Virus record (IMG/VR): IMGVR_UViG_3300041955_000247
Location: 1 to 64,000 of that record
DNA length: 64,000 nucleotides
Source: a virus
Direction: 5' to 3' (one strand)
The position numbers were made by a program, and so were the translations under genes. Each line of letters opens with the position of its first letter. Position 1 is the stretch's first letter. The notes beneath the pieces were generated by a model. The model worked only from the letters and a program-made list of their open reading frames with translations. It had not been told where the DNA came from and ran no database searches. Positions 10,036 through 20,057 of the stretch are shown piece by piece.

Positions 10036-10575
10036 ATGGATGGTTTCGGTACCAATCCGTTTGCTACGTCAGGGAGCACCCCGTTGGGTGGGCAGAATAG
10101 CGGCCAAAGCGGTGCATTTCCGTGGCTCAATAACAATAATTGGTGGCAGCCGCAGCAGCAGGGTGGTCAGCAGCCCGCATCAGCGGCCACTACAGCTCCT
10201 GCCGCGCCCGGTTCCAATCAGGCCATGGCAACTGCTTTGATGCAGCCTGCGTCAGCAGCCCCAGCCCCTGTGACGCCTCCAGCACCCCAATTTGATACTG
10301 GGTCACTTGGTACCCCTGCCGGGACGACAAATGCTCCCACAACCCCGCTTCCCGGCACACAGATTGGCCCGCAGATCATGAGTGATCCGGGGCAAGCCGG
10401 AACAACTATGAATCCTGCTTCGCTTGTGGGCAACGTGTCACCAACGCAGAACCAGCCCAGTGTGGTTGACCCAACTTCGACGACGTTGGTGAACCCTGCT
10501 GCGGCCGGTATTTCAGGGCAGCCTTTGGCTCAAAACAATGTTGCATCTTTGCTGAGTGCCGGGATAGGAACATAG
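10036..10575 (+). CDS. Low-complexity putative internal virion protein
   Basis: P/Q/T/A-rich 179 aa in ejection module. Confidence 0.5.
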   Translation: MDGFGTNPFATSGSTPLGGQNSGQSGAFPWLNNNNWWQPQQQGGQQPASAATTAPAAPGSNQAMATALMQPASAAPAPVTPPAPQFDTGSLGTPAGTTNAPTTPLPGTQIGPQIMSDPGQAGTTMNPASLVGNVSPTQNQPSVVDPTSTTLVNPAAAGISGQPLAQNNVASLLSAGIGT

Positions 10576-10576
10576 G

Positions 10577-11641
10577 ATGAGCGGTCTTGCATCGGCACTG
10601 GGTGAACCGTCACCCCCGAACCCGGCACAGGCGGGTAGCAACGCGCTTAATTTGGCTTCGCAAACCGCGACGGGCATCAACACGCCTATTGCAGAACAAA
10701 ATCAGGCCGGATCCAACTATCAGGAATATGGCCCCACTAGCAGTTTGACATATGGGCAGGTTGGCACTGGGCCGGGCGGTGTTCCTATCTATGGGGCCAC
10801 CACTCAGTACACACCACAGCAGGAAGCTCTTCTGCAAACTCTGCAAGGGACGCAAGCTACAGCAGGCGGTCAGGCAGGTTCACTTCTCAGCGGGGCCAAC
10901 TATGGGGCACAATCCCCAACAGCGGCTATTGGTAACCTGACTTCGGGGCTGACCGGGCAAAATGTTGCGTCCTATTTGTCTTCGGCTGATCCGTTCTTCC
11001 AAACGCAAGCCAGTCAACTGGATACGTCACTTCGAAATCAGGGCTTGGCCCCCGGTCAGCCTGCTTACGACAATGCGATGCGACAATTGAACACAAGCCA
11101 GGGACTTTCGGTTTATGGTGCGGCTGCGCAGTTCGAACCGCAGGCTTTCACTCAGGCCACCACAGAATACGAACTGCCCGCTGCCTTATCCGAAAACCTT
11201 GCGGGCTTTGCCGCACCCGCTTCGCCAACTGCCGGGCTTCAGGGCGGCTCAGCGCTCAACATCCAAACGCCAAATACAACCGGCGACGTCAGCGCGGAAG
11301 TGACAGCAGCGCAGAACCAATATACGGCGCAGCAAGCGCAGTACAATGCGATGGTCAACGGCTTAATGGGCGTTGGTACCGGTGCAGCGCTGGCATTGTC
11401 GGATGTTCGTCTTAAGAGAAATATAACCAAACTTGCAAAACTAGCCAACGGTTTGTTCTCTTATTGCTTCCGTTATCTTTGGGACAATACTTTCTATGTT
11501 GGTGTAATGGCACATGAGGTTGAGCGTCTCGTGCCTGATGCAATTGTCCACGGTTCTGATGGCTACCTGCGCGTCAATTACGGACGCCTTGGTCTACGGC
11601 TCATGACATTGGATGAATGGCTGGCCAACGAAGGCCATTAG
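10577..11641 (+). CDS. DNA ejection / pilot protein with C-terminal peptidase S74 (intramolecular chaperone) domain
   Basis: A/Q/G-rich body, then SDVRLKRNI...GVMAHEV...YLRVNY. Confidence 0.7.
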   Translation: MSGLASALGEPSPPNPAQAGSNALNLASQTATGINTPIAEQNQAGSNYQEYGPTSSLTYGQVGTGPGGVPIYGATTQYTPQQEALLQTLQGTQATAGGQAGSLLSGANYGAQSPTAAIGNLTSGLTGQNVASYLSSADPFFQTQASQLDTSLRNQGLAPGQPAYDNAMRQLNTSQGLSVYGAAAQFEPQAFTQATTEYELPAALSENLAGFAAPASPTAGLQGGSALNIQTPNTTGDVSAEVTAAQNQYTAQQAQYNAMVNGLMGVGTGAALALSDVRLKRNITKLAKLANGLFSYCFRYLWDNTFYVGVMAHEVERLVPDAIVHGSDGYLRVNYGRLGLRLMTLDEWLANEGH

Positions 11642-11651
11642 GAGAATACAA

Positions 11652-11957
11652 ATGGATCCAACACTTCAGCCTAATACTTCCTCTGGTTCTATCTCACCCT
11701 ATAACGCGCCCAACTCGCCATATGCAGCATCGTCACAGTTGGCTAACATGATTGCAGCGCTGAAAGGTGCAGGTAGTGGCACTCCTGCCGCGCAGCAACA
11801 GGCTGGGGGCGCGCAAGGTCAGGCCGCTGCACAAACAAATTCGGCTGCACCTCCAACTTCGCAGCAATGGCAGCAACTAGGACAATTGGGTGGGCAAGGA
11901 ATCCAGGCACTTGGTGGTGCAATTGGTAATGCAATAATCCCGTCTTTCACTCCCTAA
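11652..11957 (+). CDS. Small A/Q/G-rich putative ejection protein
   Basis: ATG 11652 after AGGAG; MIAALKGAG. Confidence 0.5.
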   Translation: MDPTLQPNTSSGSISPYNAPNSPYAASSQLANMIAALKGAGSGTPAAQQQAGGAQGQAAAQTNSAAPPTSQQWQQLGQLGGQGIQALGGAIGNAIIPSFTP

Positions 11958-11970
11958 CTCGGTTAAGTAG

Positions 11971-14343
11971 ATGCCTGACGATCAGACACCCATAGATCCG
12001 TCGCAGTATGCGACGCCCAATCAGCTTGTGCAGCAACGCCTGCTTGCCCAGAAGCTGCTTGACCAAGGGATGGGGCCAATCACTCCAAGCCCCGGTACCG
12101 GGGCGGTCAGTCCATTTCAGGGCATGGCCGGTATTCTCAATGCCTACGTGGGGCAAAAGAAGCTTCAGGATGCAGCGGCGCAGGAACGTGCTACCAATCA
12201 GGCTGCCGGTGCCGGTGCTGCGTCAATAACCACGGATGGCACTGACCCAAACCAGCAAGGCCCTCTCAGCGCAGCGCCGCCTGGGCCGGGCAGTCTTGTG
12301 GATAAGCTCTTGCCTGCGGTCGCGCGCAATGAGGGCAACAGTTCTTATGCGCAGCTTGGCCCGGTCACGAAAACAGGTGATCGTGCCTATGGCAAGTATC
12401 AGGTCATGGGTGCAAATATTCCGCAGTGGTCCAAGGAAGTTCTTGGCACCCCCATGACGCCGGAACAGTTCCTTGCCAATCCGCAGGCACAGGAAGCCAT
12501 TGCACGGACGAAACTTGGTCAATACGCCGCCCAATACGGCCCCGAGGGGGCGTTGAAGGCATGGTTCGCCGGTCCCACCGGCATGAACAACCCGAACGCC
12601 AAGGATCAGCTAGGCACGACCGTTGCGTCATATGCTCAGCGTGGCATGGACAGCATGGCGGGCATGCCCAAAATAGCCATGGCAGGGCCTGGGCTGCCCA
12701 CTGGGGCTATGGGGCCAAGCCCGGCCCCCGCAAGCGCACCAGCGGCCACCGCTGCCCCGGCAGGGGGCATGCTAGGCGCAACGCCACCACCCGCAGGCGG
12801 TCAGGTGGCCCAGAACACCCAAGTGGCAGCCGGTCCGCAAGGAATCTCACCTGCCGTGCCGCCGATGCCCAGCATGGGTGCACCCGCACAGGCCCCGGTT
12901 GACCCTAGTGGTCAGGTGCCCCCTGGGATGTTTGCTCAACGGCCAAGGATCAGCCAGCAGCAGTATTATGCCATCATGTCGAACCCGATGGCTTCTGATG
13001 CGATGAAGCAAAACGCCACTGCTATTTGGCAAAGCCAAAACCAGCCGGTATCGTTCAAGAATGCTTACGGCACTGTTGTCATGAACCCGCGTACGGGTCA
13101 GCAGCAATTCATCGGCGATATTGTCGATATGCCGCTTACTACTCCCTATGGGACGGTACCGAGGCGTTTTCAGTATCAGCAGGATGGAACACTCAAGCGC
13201 GTGCCAACCACTGGTTCCGCAGTCGCACCGGGTGGTGGCGGTCCATTAAATGCAGCACCACCTGCTCCAGGGGGTGGCCAACCGGCTGCGCCGCCAGGGC
13301 CGAGTGGGTCTTTGCCTCAGGCGATGCCAAAGTTTGCCATGGCGGGTACAGGAACTATGAATGACGCGGGGATGCTAGGTGCCAACCCGCCTGCCAAACC
13401 CGGCGCAGTTCCTGCCGCGCCGATCAATATACCAGCAGGTACTGGAGCGCAGGCAAATCCCGCAGCGGCGGCCGCTGGGCCACCGCCTGCCACCCCGGCT
13501 GGGCCTCAGTTGGCTCAGGCCGCACCGGGCGCTGGCCCGCTTGACCCAGAAGACACGGCAGAAATCCGCGCCATGCAGAACCTTGGCTTGGATTACAAAG
13601 GCCGAGAATCCATGGCTGGTGAAGTCGGCAAAGGCGCTGCTGAATACCTGGGTAAAACACGTCAGCAAGCCTATGATGCTCTCAATGACGAGAAGAACCT
13701 GAACCTGTTGCAAGGTGTGATGAATTCGCCCAATTACACGCCGGGCCTCCTCTCACCGGTCACCAATTTCAAGAAGCGGTTGGAAGCCAGCATTGCCCAA
13801 ACGTGGCCCGGTATGGCTCAGCAGTTAGGACTTGATCCTCATGCATCCAGTGCAAATGAGGTCGCTGAGAAGCTGACCAACGAACTTAACCTTGGATCAC
13901 TCAGGCAGAAACTGGGCGGTTTGGGTCAGGTTCGCATCTTTGAGGGGCAGATGGTCAAATCTGCATTTGCCAATATGGATAACTCAATTGCAGCCAACAA
14001 GGCTGTCCTTGCGTTGGCTCAAGCGGTCAATCAACGTGTTCAGGACGTGCAGAAGTATGTTGAAACGCTTCCTGGGCATTCGCAGGATATTGATATTCAG
14101 GACAAGGTGTACAATCATTTCCATAATTTGCCGATCATGTCCCCTGAGCAGGAAACTGAATTTGAAAAGCAAATTAAAACCGATTTGAACACACAAAAAG
14201 GTGCGGGTGCCCAAGGTGCTGCGGCTGGTAGTGGCCCTTTGACCGCAAAGCCCCCCGGAACACCGGGTGCCCCGACGGTACTGCCAACATTGCCCCCTGG
14301 GGCAACTGTTCGTCCGCGTGCACAGCCTGAGATTCCGCTTTAA
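11971..14343 (+). CDS. Internal virion protein with lysozyme / lytic-transglycosylase-like domain
   Basis: NEG...AYGKYQVM...AWFAG motif; P/A/G-rich linkers. Confidence 0.7.
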   Translation: MPDDQTPIDPSQYATPNQLVQQRLLAQKLLDQGMGPITPSPGTGAVSPFQGMAGILNAYVGQKKLQDAAAQERATNQAAGAGAASITTDGTDPNQQGPLSAAPPGPGSLVDKLLPAVARNEGNSSYAQLGPVTKTGDRAYGKYQVMGANIPQWSKEVLGTPMTPEQFLANPQAQEAIARTKLGQYAAQYGPEGALKAWFAGPTGMNNPNAKDQLGTTVASYAQRGMDSMAGMPKIAMAGPGLPTGAMGPSPAPASAPAATAAPAGGMLGATPPPAGGQVAQNTQVAAGPQGISPAVPPMPSMGAPAQAPVDPSGQVPPGMFAQRPRISQQQYYAIMSNPMASDAMKQNATAIWQSQNQPVSFKNAYGTVVMNPRTGQQQFIGDIVDMPLTTPYGTVPRRFQYQQDGTLKRVPTTGSAVAPGGGGPLNAAPPAPGGGQPAAPPGPSGSLPQAMPKFAMAGTGTMNDAGMLGANPPAKPGAVPAAPINIPAGTGAQANPAAAAAGPPPATPAGPQLAQAAPGAGPLDPEDTAEIRAMQNLGLDYKGRESMAGEVGKGAAEYLGKTRQQAYDALNDEKNLNLLQGVMNSPNYTPGLLSPVTNFKKRLEASIAQTWPGMAQQLGLDPHASSANEVAEKLTNELNLGSLRQKLGGLGQVRIFEGQMVKSAFANMDNSIAANKAVLALAQAVNQRVQDVQKYVETLPGHSQDIDIQDKVYNHFHNLPIMSPEQETEFEKQIKTDLNTQKGAGAQGAAAGSGPLTAKPPGTPGAPTVLPTLPPGATVRPRAQPEIPL

Positions 14344-16019
14344 TGGCTCAGCAGCAATACCAAGCTGGTGACATAGCGGACCTGCCTGGGGGCGGGACGG
14401 CGACGTTTGACGGTCAGAATTGGGTTGTCCAAGGGCAGGCCCCGGCTCAAGGCCCCGTGCCCTCAGCCGCAACGGCTATTGTACCCCCGAACAAGACTTA
14501 TTCTGAAATGACACGGTTGCCTAAAGCAATCGGTGCCGGTGCTGTGCAGGGGGCAACAGAAGCTGCTGGGATGTTGGGTGATGTTCAAAGTTTGGGTAAT
14601 GCAGCCATAAACCAATGGGCACCACAAGGCTCAGATATTGGAAATACCATTGCTGCTTTGAAACAGTCGCACGCACCTTTTCCGGCGATTAATTATGTAC
14701 CGCTGCCAACATCTAAAGATGTACAAGGTGCGGTTCAGAAATTTACCGGGCCACCTTTTCAGCCCCAAACCCCGACTGAGAAGATTGCCTATGCCGGGGG
14801 TGAAGCTTTGCCGTTTGGATTGCTGGGCGGCGAAACAGCCCCACTAAGGGTGTTGTCAAATGTAGGACGTGCCGGGTTGTCGGGGGCTGCGTCCGAAGGT
14901 GCCGGTGAGGCTGCGCAAGGAACCGGGCTTGAAACACCAGCACGGGTGGCTGGTGGGCTTCTCACCTATGGGGCAACTGGAGCACCTTTCAGGTTTGCCA
15001 TAACCCCGAATTCGGCAAGGTCAGGTGCAGCATCGGTACTTGAAAATGCCGGTGTACCTGGGGTAAGGGCATCTGATATTTCAGGGAACAGACTCACAGC
15101 CACGCTAGAAGGTGGAAGAACACCCGCTGATTTGGCTGATCCCATTACCAATACTTTGCAGCAGCAGGGTGGCGTGCCACGGCTGCCTGGAGATTCCAGG
15201 CCATATCGCGAAATCTTAAATGACCGGCGAACACAGCTTGGTGGTGTGGCAAACCAGCTTGGTGCCCAGACATCAATTCCGGCGTCTGCGGTGCCCCCGC
15301 TACGTGCGCAGCTAAATGGTGTTGTGCAGCAGCACGCTCATAACTTTGCCGGGGCGGAACATCCCGAAGTTGCCCAGGCCCTCGACAGGTTTGACACTCA
15401 TCTGACTGAGAATGCGTTGCAAGGTCGCCCTGGTTTGACCGGTCAGCAATACCAGCGTCTCCATCAGGAATGGGGAACTTCTCCCATTTATGAAGTGCGG
15501 CAGATGTCTGGTATTTTAGATAATGCCATGGACCAGGCGCACCCCGGCGTATGGCCGCAGTGGCGTCAAAATTTTGGTGATTTGACAGGCTTGGAAGCGG
15601 CACATGCCGCGCGGGCGGGTGATTTGGCTCCGATGGACCCTGCGCAGATCCTGAATAATCAGTATGCGGTAACCCCGATGTACCGAACTGCCGAAGCCGC
15701 AAAAACCATTCAAGGAAAGATACCACAACCATATAATGTAAACACCCCCGCTTTGGCTGCCACAACTGGTTTGCTTGGTGGCTTCGCCGGACATTACTAC
15801 GGTGGTGTTGAACCCGGCGTTGAGGGGTTCCTAATGGGGGGTGCGGTGCCGGTAGCCGGGTCAATGCTTGGATCTACCGTTGGTGCTTTGGCTAGGGGTA
15901 AGGTGGGGCAGAACGTGCTTCGCAACATGGATCCGAGGATGGTCGCGGCTTTGCTGGCTCAGCAGGGTATTCGTCCTAAAGGTGCCCCCGCCGAGCAGCC
16001 GCAGGGCGCTGGTCAGTAA
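14343..16019 (+). CDS. Internal virion / DNA ejection protein
   Basis: 558 aa, G/A-rich with hydrophobic glycine-rich stretches; coupled to upstream gene (TAATG). Confidence 0.6.
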   Translation: MAQQQYQAGDIADLPGGGTATFDGQNWVVQGQAPAQGPVPSAATAIVPPNKTYSEMTRLPKAIGAGAVQGATEAAGMLGDVQSLGNAAINQWAPQGSDIGNTIAALKQSHAPFPAINYVPLPTSKDVQGAVQKFTGPPFQPQTPTEKIAYAGGEALPFGLLGGETAPLRVLSNVGRAGLSGAASEGAGEAAQGTGLETPARVAGGLLTYGATGAPFRFAITPNSARSGAASVLENAGVPGVRASDISGNRLTATLEGGRTPADLADPITNTLQQQGGVPRLPGDSRPYREILNDRRTQLGGVANQLGAQTSIPASAVPPLRAQLNGVVQQHAHNFAGAEHPEVAQALDRFDTHLTENALQGRPGLTGQQYQRLHQEWGTSPIYEVRQMSGILDNAMDQAHPGVWPQWRQNFGDLTGLEAAHAARAGDLAPMDPAQILNNQYAVTPMYRTAEAAKTIQGKIPQPYNVNTPALAATTGLLGGFAGHYYGGVEPGVEGFLMGGAVPVAGSMLGSTVGALARGKVGQNVLRNMDPRMVAALLAQQGIRPKGAPAEQPQGAGQ

Positions 16020-16166
16020 GTCAAAGACAAACGTGAGAACAACGGTTACTATGTAGGCAACGAAGAGGGCACTCAAGTAGATCGCGAATACCGACGCGTC
16101 CGTGTGCAGGGCTACACAGTAGTTGACGACCAAGATAATCACGGCCAGTTGCAGGATGTACCACAT
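15861..16166 (-). CDS. Small antisense membrane protein
   Basis: Two hydrophobic segments in first ~55 aa, encoded in the gap between + strand genes; 3' end overlaps upstream gene. Confidence 0.45.
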   Translation of the reverse strand: MWYILQLAVIILVVNYCVALHTDASVFAIYLSALFVAYIVTVVLTFVFDLLTSALRLLGGGTFRTNTLLSQQSRDHPRIHVAKHVLPHLTPSQSTNGRSKH

Positions 16167-16177
16167 AGGAGGCTAGT

Positions 16178-17632
16178 ATTCCTCGCAATAATTCAGGCAC
16201 CTACTCGCTGCCGCAGGCCCCTTTCGTTCCGGGAACCGTCATTTCATCTGCGGCGGTGAACAGCGATTTTGCCGACATTGCAACGGCACTCACGGGTTCC
16301 GTGGCCTCCAACGGCGTGACGGCCATCACCGGGCAGCTTAAGAGCTCTGTCGTCAGCTCGCCAGCGTATTCCTCGAGTGCCGACGCCACCACTGGCTTTG
16401 GCAGTTCCACGGCTGGCGAAGCTGACATATGGGCCAGCGGCACGATCATTGTCCAAGTCACCAGTGCCGGGGCAACGGTTGATGGCAACGCCGCTGTTAC
16501 CGGGAACTTGGTGGTTGACGGCAGTGTTACCGCTGCTTCGTTCAATTTCAGCGGTACGGGTGCCATTGAGATTCCGTCCGGTACCACGGCACAGCGCCCT
16601 GCTTCGCCTGCCCAAGGTGACATTCGCTACAATTCCACAAACGGCAATTTTGAAGGTTATGACGGTGCCGAATGGGACATAATGTCCCTGATCAACCAAT
16701 CCTACACCCTGAGTGCGTCGGTCAGTGCTGGGCTTCTTACCGTCAACTTCCTTAATGCCCTGACCGGTGCTGCGCCTACGGCGGCCGATCCGGTTGCCAT
16801 CACCTTTCGTGATCCTACCTTGACCACAGGTGATACGGTTGCGGGGCTGGTCACAGCAGCGCTCAGCATCAACACCAATGGCATCGGTGCCACGCTTGGT
16901 TCTCAAAACGGTGTGCCATTCAGGCTTTGGATTATTGCCTGTTACAATGGTGGCACACCGGTTCTGGCGCTCAGGAACTGCTCCACAGTCATTTCTGGTG
17001 TTGGTAATATTTATCGACTACCAGAATTTATCTTGCATAACACGTTTGCAATTGGCAGCGCAGCCACAAGCCCCGGTGTATTCTACACGCCAAATGGTGT
17101 TGACCTAACCAATACACCAATAAAAATTCTTGGTTATGTGGAATATGCCAGCGGCCTGACTACCGCAGGCAATTATGCCAGCGGCCCAACTACAATTCAG
17201 TTATTTGGTCTTGGCATTCCTCGTCCCGGCGAAAGGGTACAACTCCAATCCGGCAAATCGACCACTTCAACATCCATCGGCACTGATACCCAGACATCCC
17301 TTTCGGCAGCAATTAGTCCGTCGTCCTCTGCCAATCCAATTTTTGCACAAGCTGACGTGAACTGGACATCGGGTGCGGCAAATGCCGAATTTGCCTCGGC
17401 ACAATTAAGTCGTGGAACAAGCCCAACCTATTTTGGTAACAAAGCCGAAACAGGAAGCAGTTTCATTAGCGGTGGTTCAACGTCTGTATCATCACCGCTT
17501 CGGGGCTTTGATTTGCCCGGCACTACATCTTCCACCACCTACTATGTCTACATGACAGTGGTAAACGGGGGTGCCACATTCAATAGCTATACTGCACCGC
17601 TTTATATGTATCTCGAAGAGATCATGGGCTGA
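16178..17632 (+). CDS. Tail fibre / tail spike protein, probable ATT start at 16178
   Basis: AGGAGG-5nt-ATT opens PRNNSGTYSLPQAPFVPGTVISSAAVNSDFADIATALT, in frame with ORF 16256; also GTTAQRP...GDIRYN...FEGY repeat motif. Confidence 0.75.
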   Translation: MPRNNSGTYSLPQAPFVPGTVISSAAVNSDFADIATALTGSVASNGVTAITGQLKSSVVSSPAYSSSADATTGFGSSTAGEADIWASGTIIVQVTSAGATVDGNAAVTGNLVVDGSVTAASFNFSGTGAIEIPSGTTAQRPASPAQGDIRYNSTNGNFEGYDGAEWDIMSLINQSYTLSASVSAGLLTVNFLNALTGAAPTAADPVAITFRDPTLTTGDTVAGLVTAALSINTNGIGATLGSQNGVPFRLWIIACYNGGTPVLALRNCSTVISGVGNIYRLPEFILHNTFAIGSAATSPGVFYTPNGVDLTNTPIKILGYVEYASGLTTAGNYASGPTTIQLFGLGIPRPGERVQLQSGKSTTSTSIGTDTQTSLSAAISPSSSANPIFAQADVNWTSGAANAEFASAQLSRGTSPTYFGNKAETGSSFISGGSTSVSSPLRGFDLPGTTSSTTYYVYMTVVNGGATFNSYTAPLYMYLEEIMG

Positions 17633-17643
17633 GGACGCAAACG

Positions 17644-18084
17644 ATGCCTTTCAACCCATCGACCGGCGTTTATACTCCTCCGAACGGGGCAGAAAATGCC
17701 TTCCCCGGTGAAGTCATTGCGTCGGCCACGTGGAATGCCATTTTCACCGACATTAGCACGGCATTGACCCAACTAGGGCAGCAACAGATCACCTTCCTGC
17801 CGCGTAGCGTTACCGTACCGGGCAATATCAGCATCGCGACAACGGATCGTGTTGTCTTGATCCAAGCCAACGTGGGCACCATCACGCTGCCTGCCAGCGC
17901 TACCAAGCTTAATCCTGTTACAATTGTTGGCAATGCGTCGGGTATCTTTGGTACTCACAACGCATTGATTACGCCCAACGGCAGTGAGAAGATAGACGGC
18001 CTCAACAACATGACGTTGGCGAACGATTACCAGTCAATCACGCTGCTGCCTTTGGCTTCGGGCGGCTGGGTGGCTACGTCGTAG
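17644..18084 (+). CDS. Tail fibre-associated protein
   Basis: N-terminus MPFNPSTGVYTPP...WNAIFTDISTALT parallels that of the 16178 protein. Confidence 0.6.
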   Translation: MPFNPSTGVYTPPNGAENAFPGEVIASATWNAIFTDISTALTQLGQQQITFLPRSVTVPGNISIATTDRVVLIQANVGTITLPASATKLNPVTIVGNASGIFGTHNALITPNGSEKIDGLNNMTLANDYQSITLLPLASGGWVATS

Positions 18085-18096
18085 GAAAATGAACCA

Positions 18097-19818
18097 ATGA
18101 AAAAACTTCTAGCTGCGTTGTTCTTGACGGCCCTGTGGGCAAGCCCGGCCTTTGCGCAATGCACTGGATTGGCACCTGCTTTTTCGGTGTGTGCTAACAC
18201 TACGGGGGGTGAGGGTTTTCCTATTTCGCAGCAGCAATTGACTGTTGCCGGTCCAATCGTTGAATCGTCTGCACAATCAACGATCATATCTCAAGATACC
18301 GGCACGTCCTTTGCCATTTTTAGAGCCAATGGTGGTGGTAGTGCTAATGGTACTTATTTTGGGCAAGAGGGCGCTTCCGGTGGCGCTTTGGTGGTGAATG
18401 ATGGTGCTTACGATGGCGTGTTTACCAATCTTGGTGGCACTTCCACCCATGTAGTTCTTGGTGTGAATAGTGTCGCCACTTTATGGGGGTTCCACAGTGG
18501 TGGTGTCAGCATTGGTGCAAATAGCCCGACTGACCCCGGCGCAGGCTCTCTGACAACACAGAATAAGTTGTTTGTTGGAAACGTTCCAAGTTACAGCTTT
18601 GAGAATTTCAACGTGCACACAGGTACGAACGAGAACTTTGAAGTTCAACCACACATCACTCTAAGTACGGGTATTCTGATTGGATCCGTCAATGACGCTG
18701 GTAATGCTAATGAAGGTCTGGAGATAGCTGCAACGAATGTTGATATTTCTGCCGGGGCTCTGGAACTGGGTCTTTCCGGGACCTCCGCTGGCACTATTAC
18801 CTTCCAAAATGCAACAAGTGGTGGGATTGCCCTGACTGTGCCAACAGGCGCTCTAAATGGGATTACTCTTACGCTGCCTAATACGGCTGGCAATGATACT
18901 CTTGCTGTCATTGGTTCTGCTCAAACCTTCACGGCTGCACAAACTTTCACCAATGGCGACTTCCTGCTCAAAGGTTCGTCCTCTGGCGCAATGACGTTGG
19001 AAGCGCCTGCGGCAGCATCTACCTACGTGATGACGTTCCCCGCAGCTACGGACACAGTAGCCGTATTGGGAACTGGTCAAACATTTAGTGCAGCCGAAAC
19101 TTTCACCGGTCAAGACCTATTCAATCAGGCATCAACGATAACATCAGCTACCGCTGCTGCCTTGGACGACATCCTTGTGAGCGCTGAAACGACAACCATT
19201 TCAGGGAACACCGGTTCACCGATAACTGCGCTGTCCAAAGTGCATTTGAAGCAGCCAACATTAACCGATTCGTCAACTGTCACGGTGACATCTGCTGCTA
19301 CTTTGACGATTGACAACGCACCCGCACAGGCTGGGTCGGTAACCATCACAAATCCATACGCTTTGTGGGTGGTAGCTGGCAAAACTCTATTGGCAGGCTC
19401 TTTGGTTAATAGCGGCATTGCCTCTACGGCTCAGGCTGACGTGGTTTGCACCACGTCTGCGGGGTTGCTCTCATATCAAGTATCCGCCACGGGTTGTGCT
19501 TCGTCGTCAATCAGGTTCAAGCAGGATCTGCACCGGATCAGCGACGACAAGGCGTTTGACATTGTGATGCACCTGACGCCAAAATCGTACTACTACCGGC
19601 CTGAGACCAAGATGGGTGACGATATTCATTTTGGCTTTGTGGCTGAGGATGTGGAAAAAATAGACCCAAGCCTCATTACATATGAGGATGACGGCAGGCC
19701 CCACGCGGTCAAATACAATGAGTTGTGGCCGTTTGTCGTTGGTGCTATTCAAAAACTGAGAGCAGACAATGACAACCTGCGTGCAGAAGTGCAGCAACTG
19801 AGGAGTAAAATACGATGA
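18097..19818 (+). CDS. Tail fibre-like protein with peptidase S74 domain and N-terminal signal-peptide-like sequence
   Basis: SSIRFKQDL...GFVAEDV...VKYNEL plus terminal coiled coil; N-terminus MKKLLAALFLTALWASPAFAQ. Confidence 0.75.
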   Translation: MKKLLAALFLTALWASPAFAQCTGLAPAFSVCANTTGGEGFPISQQQLTVAGPIVESSAQSTIISQDTGTSFAIFRANGGGSANGTYFGQEGASGGALVVNDGAYDGVFTNLGGTSTHVVLGVNSVATLWGFHSGGVSIGANSPTDPGAGSLTTQNKLFVGNVPSYSFENFNVHTGTNENFEVQPHITLSTGILIGSVNDAGNANEGLEIAATNVDISAGALELGLSGTSAGTITFQNATSGGIALTVPTGALNGITLTLPNTAGNDTLAVIGSAQTFTAAQTFTNGDFLLKGSSSGAMTLEAPAAASTYVMTFPAATDTVAVLGTGQTFSAAETFTGQDLFNQASTITSATAAALDDILVSAETTTISGNTGSPITALSKVHLKQPTLTDSSTVTVTSAATLTIDNAPAQAGSVTITNPYALWVVAGKTLLAGSLVNSGIASTAQADVVCTTSAGLLSYQVSATGCASSSIRFKQDLHRISDDKAFDIVMHLTPKSYYYRPETKMGDDIHFGFVAEDVEKIDPSLITYEDDGRPHAVKYNELWPFVVGAIQKLRADNDNLRAEVQQLRSKIR

Positions 19819-20048
19819 TGCGTTTGTTGGTTGGTACGGTGATGTTGACGTTCGTATCTGTAGCCTATGCCCAGCAACCCCCGCAACAATCCCCGATGGA
19901 CGAGGCGCTGAGCGGGAAGCTCCAGGAAGAATACAATCAGAACATTCAACTGCGTGCCGCACTGATTGAGGCACGCAAGGAACTGGCGGCGTTGAAGGAC
20001 AAAGAAGCCAAGGACGCCGACAAGAAACCCGATCCCAAGAAGCCATAG
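19815..20048 (+). CDS. Small exported coiled-coil protein
   Basis: Signal peptide ending AYA-Q; coiled coil. Confidence 0.55.
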   Translation: MMRLLVGTVMLTFVSVAYAQQPPQQSPMDEALSGKLQEEYNQNIQLRAALIEARKELAALKDKEAKDADKKPDPKKP

Positions 20049-20057
20049 GAGAGCGCC

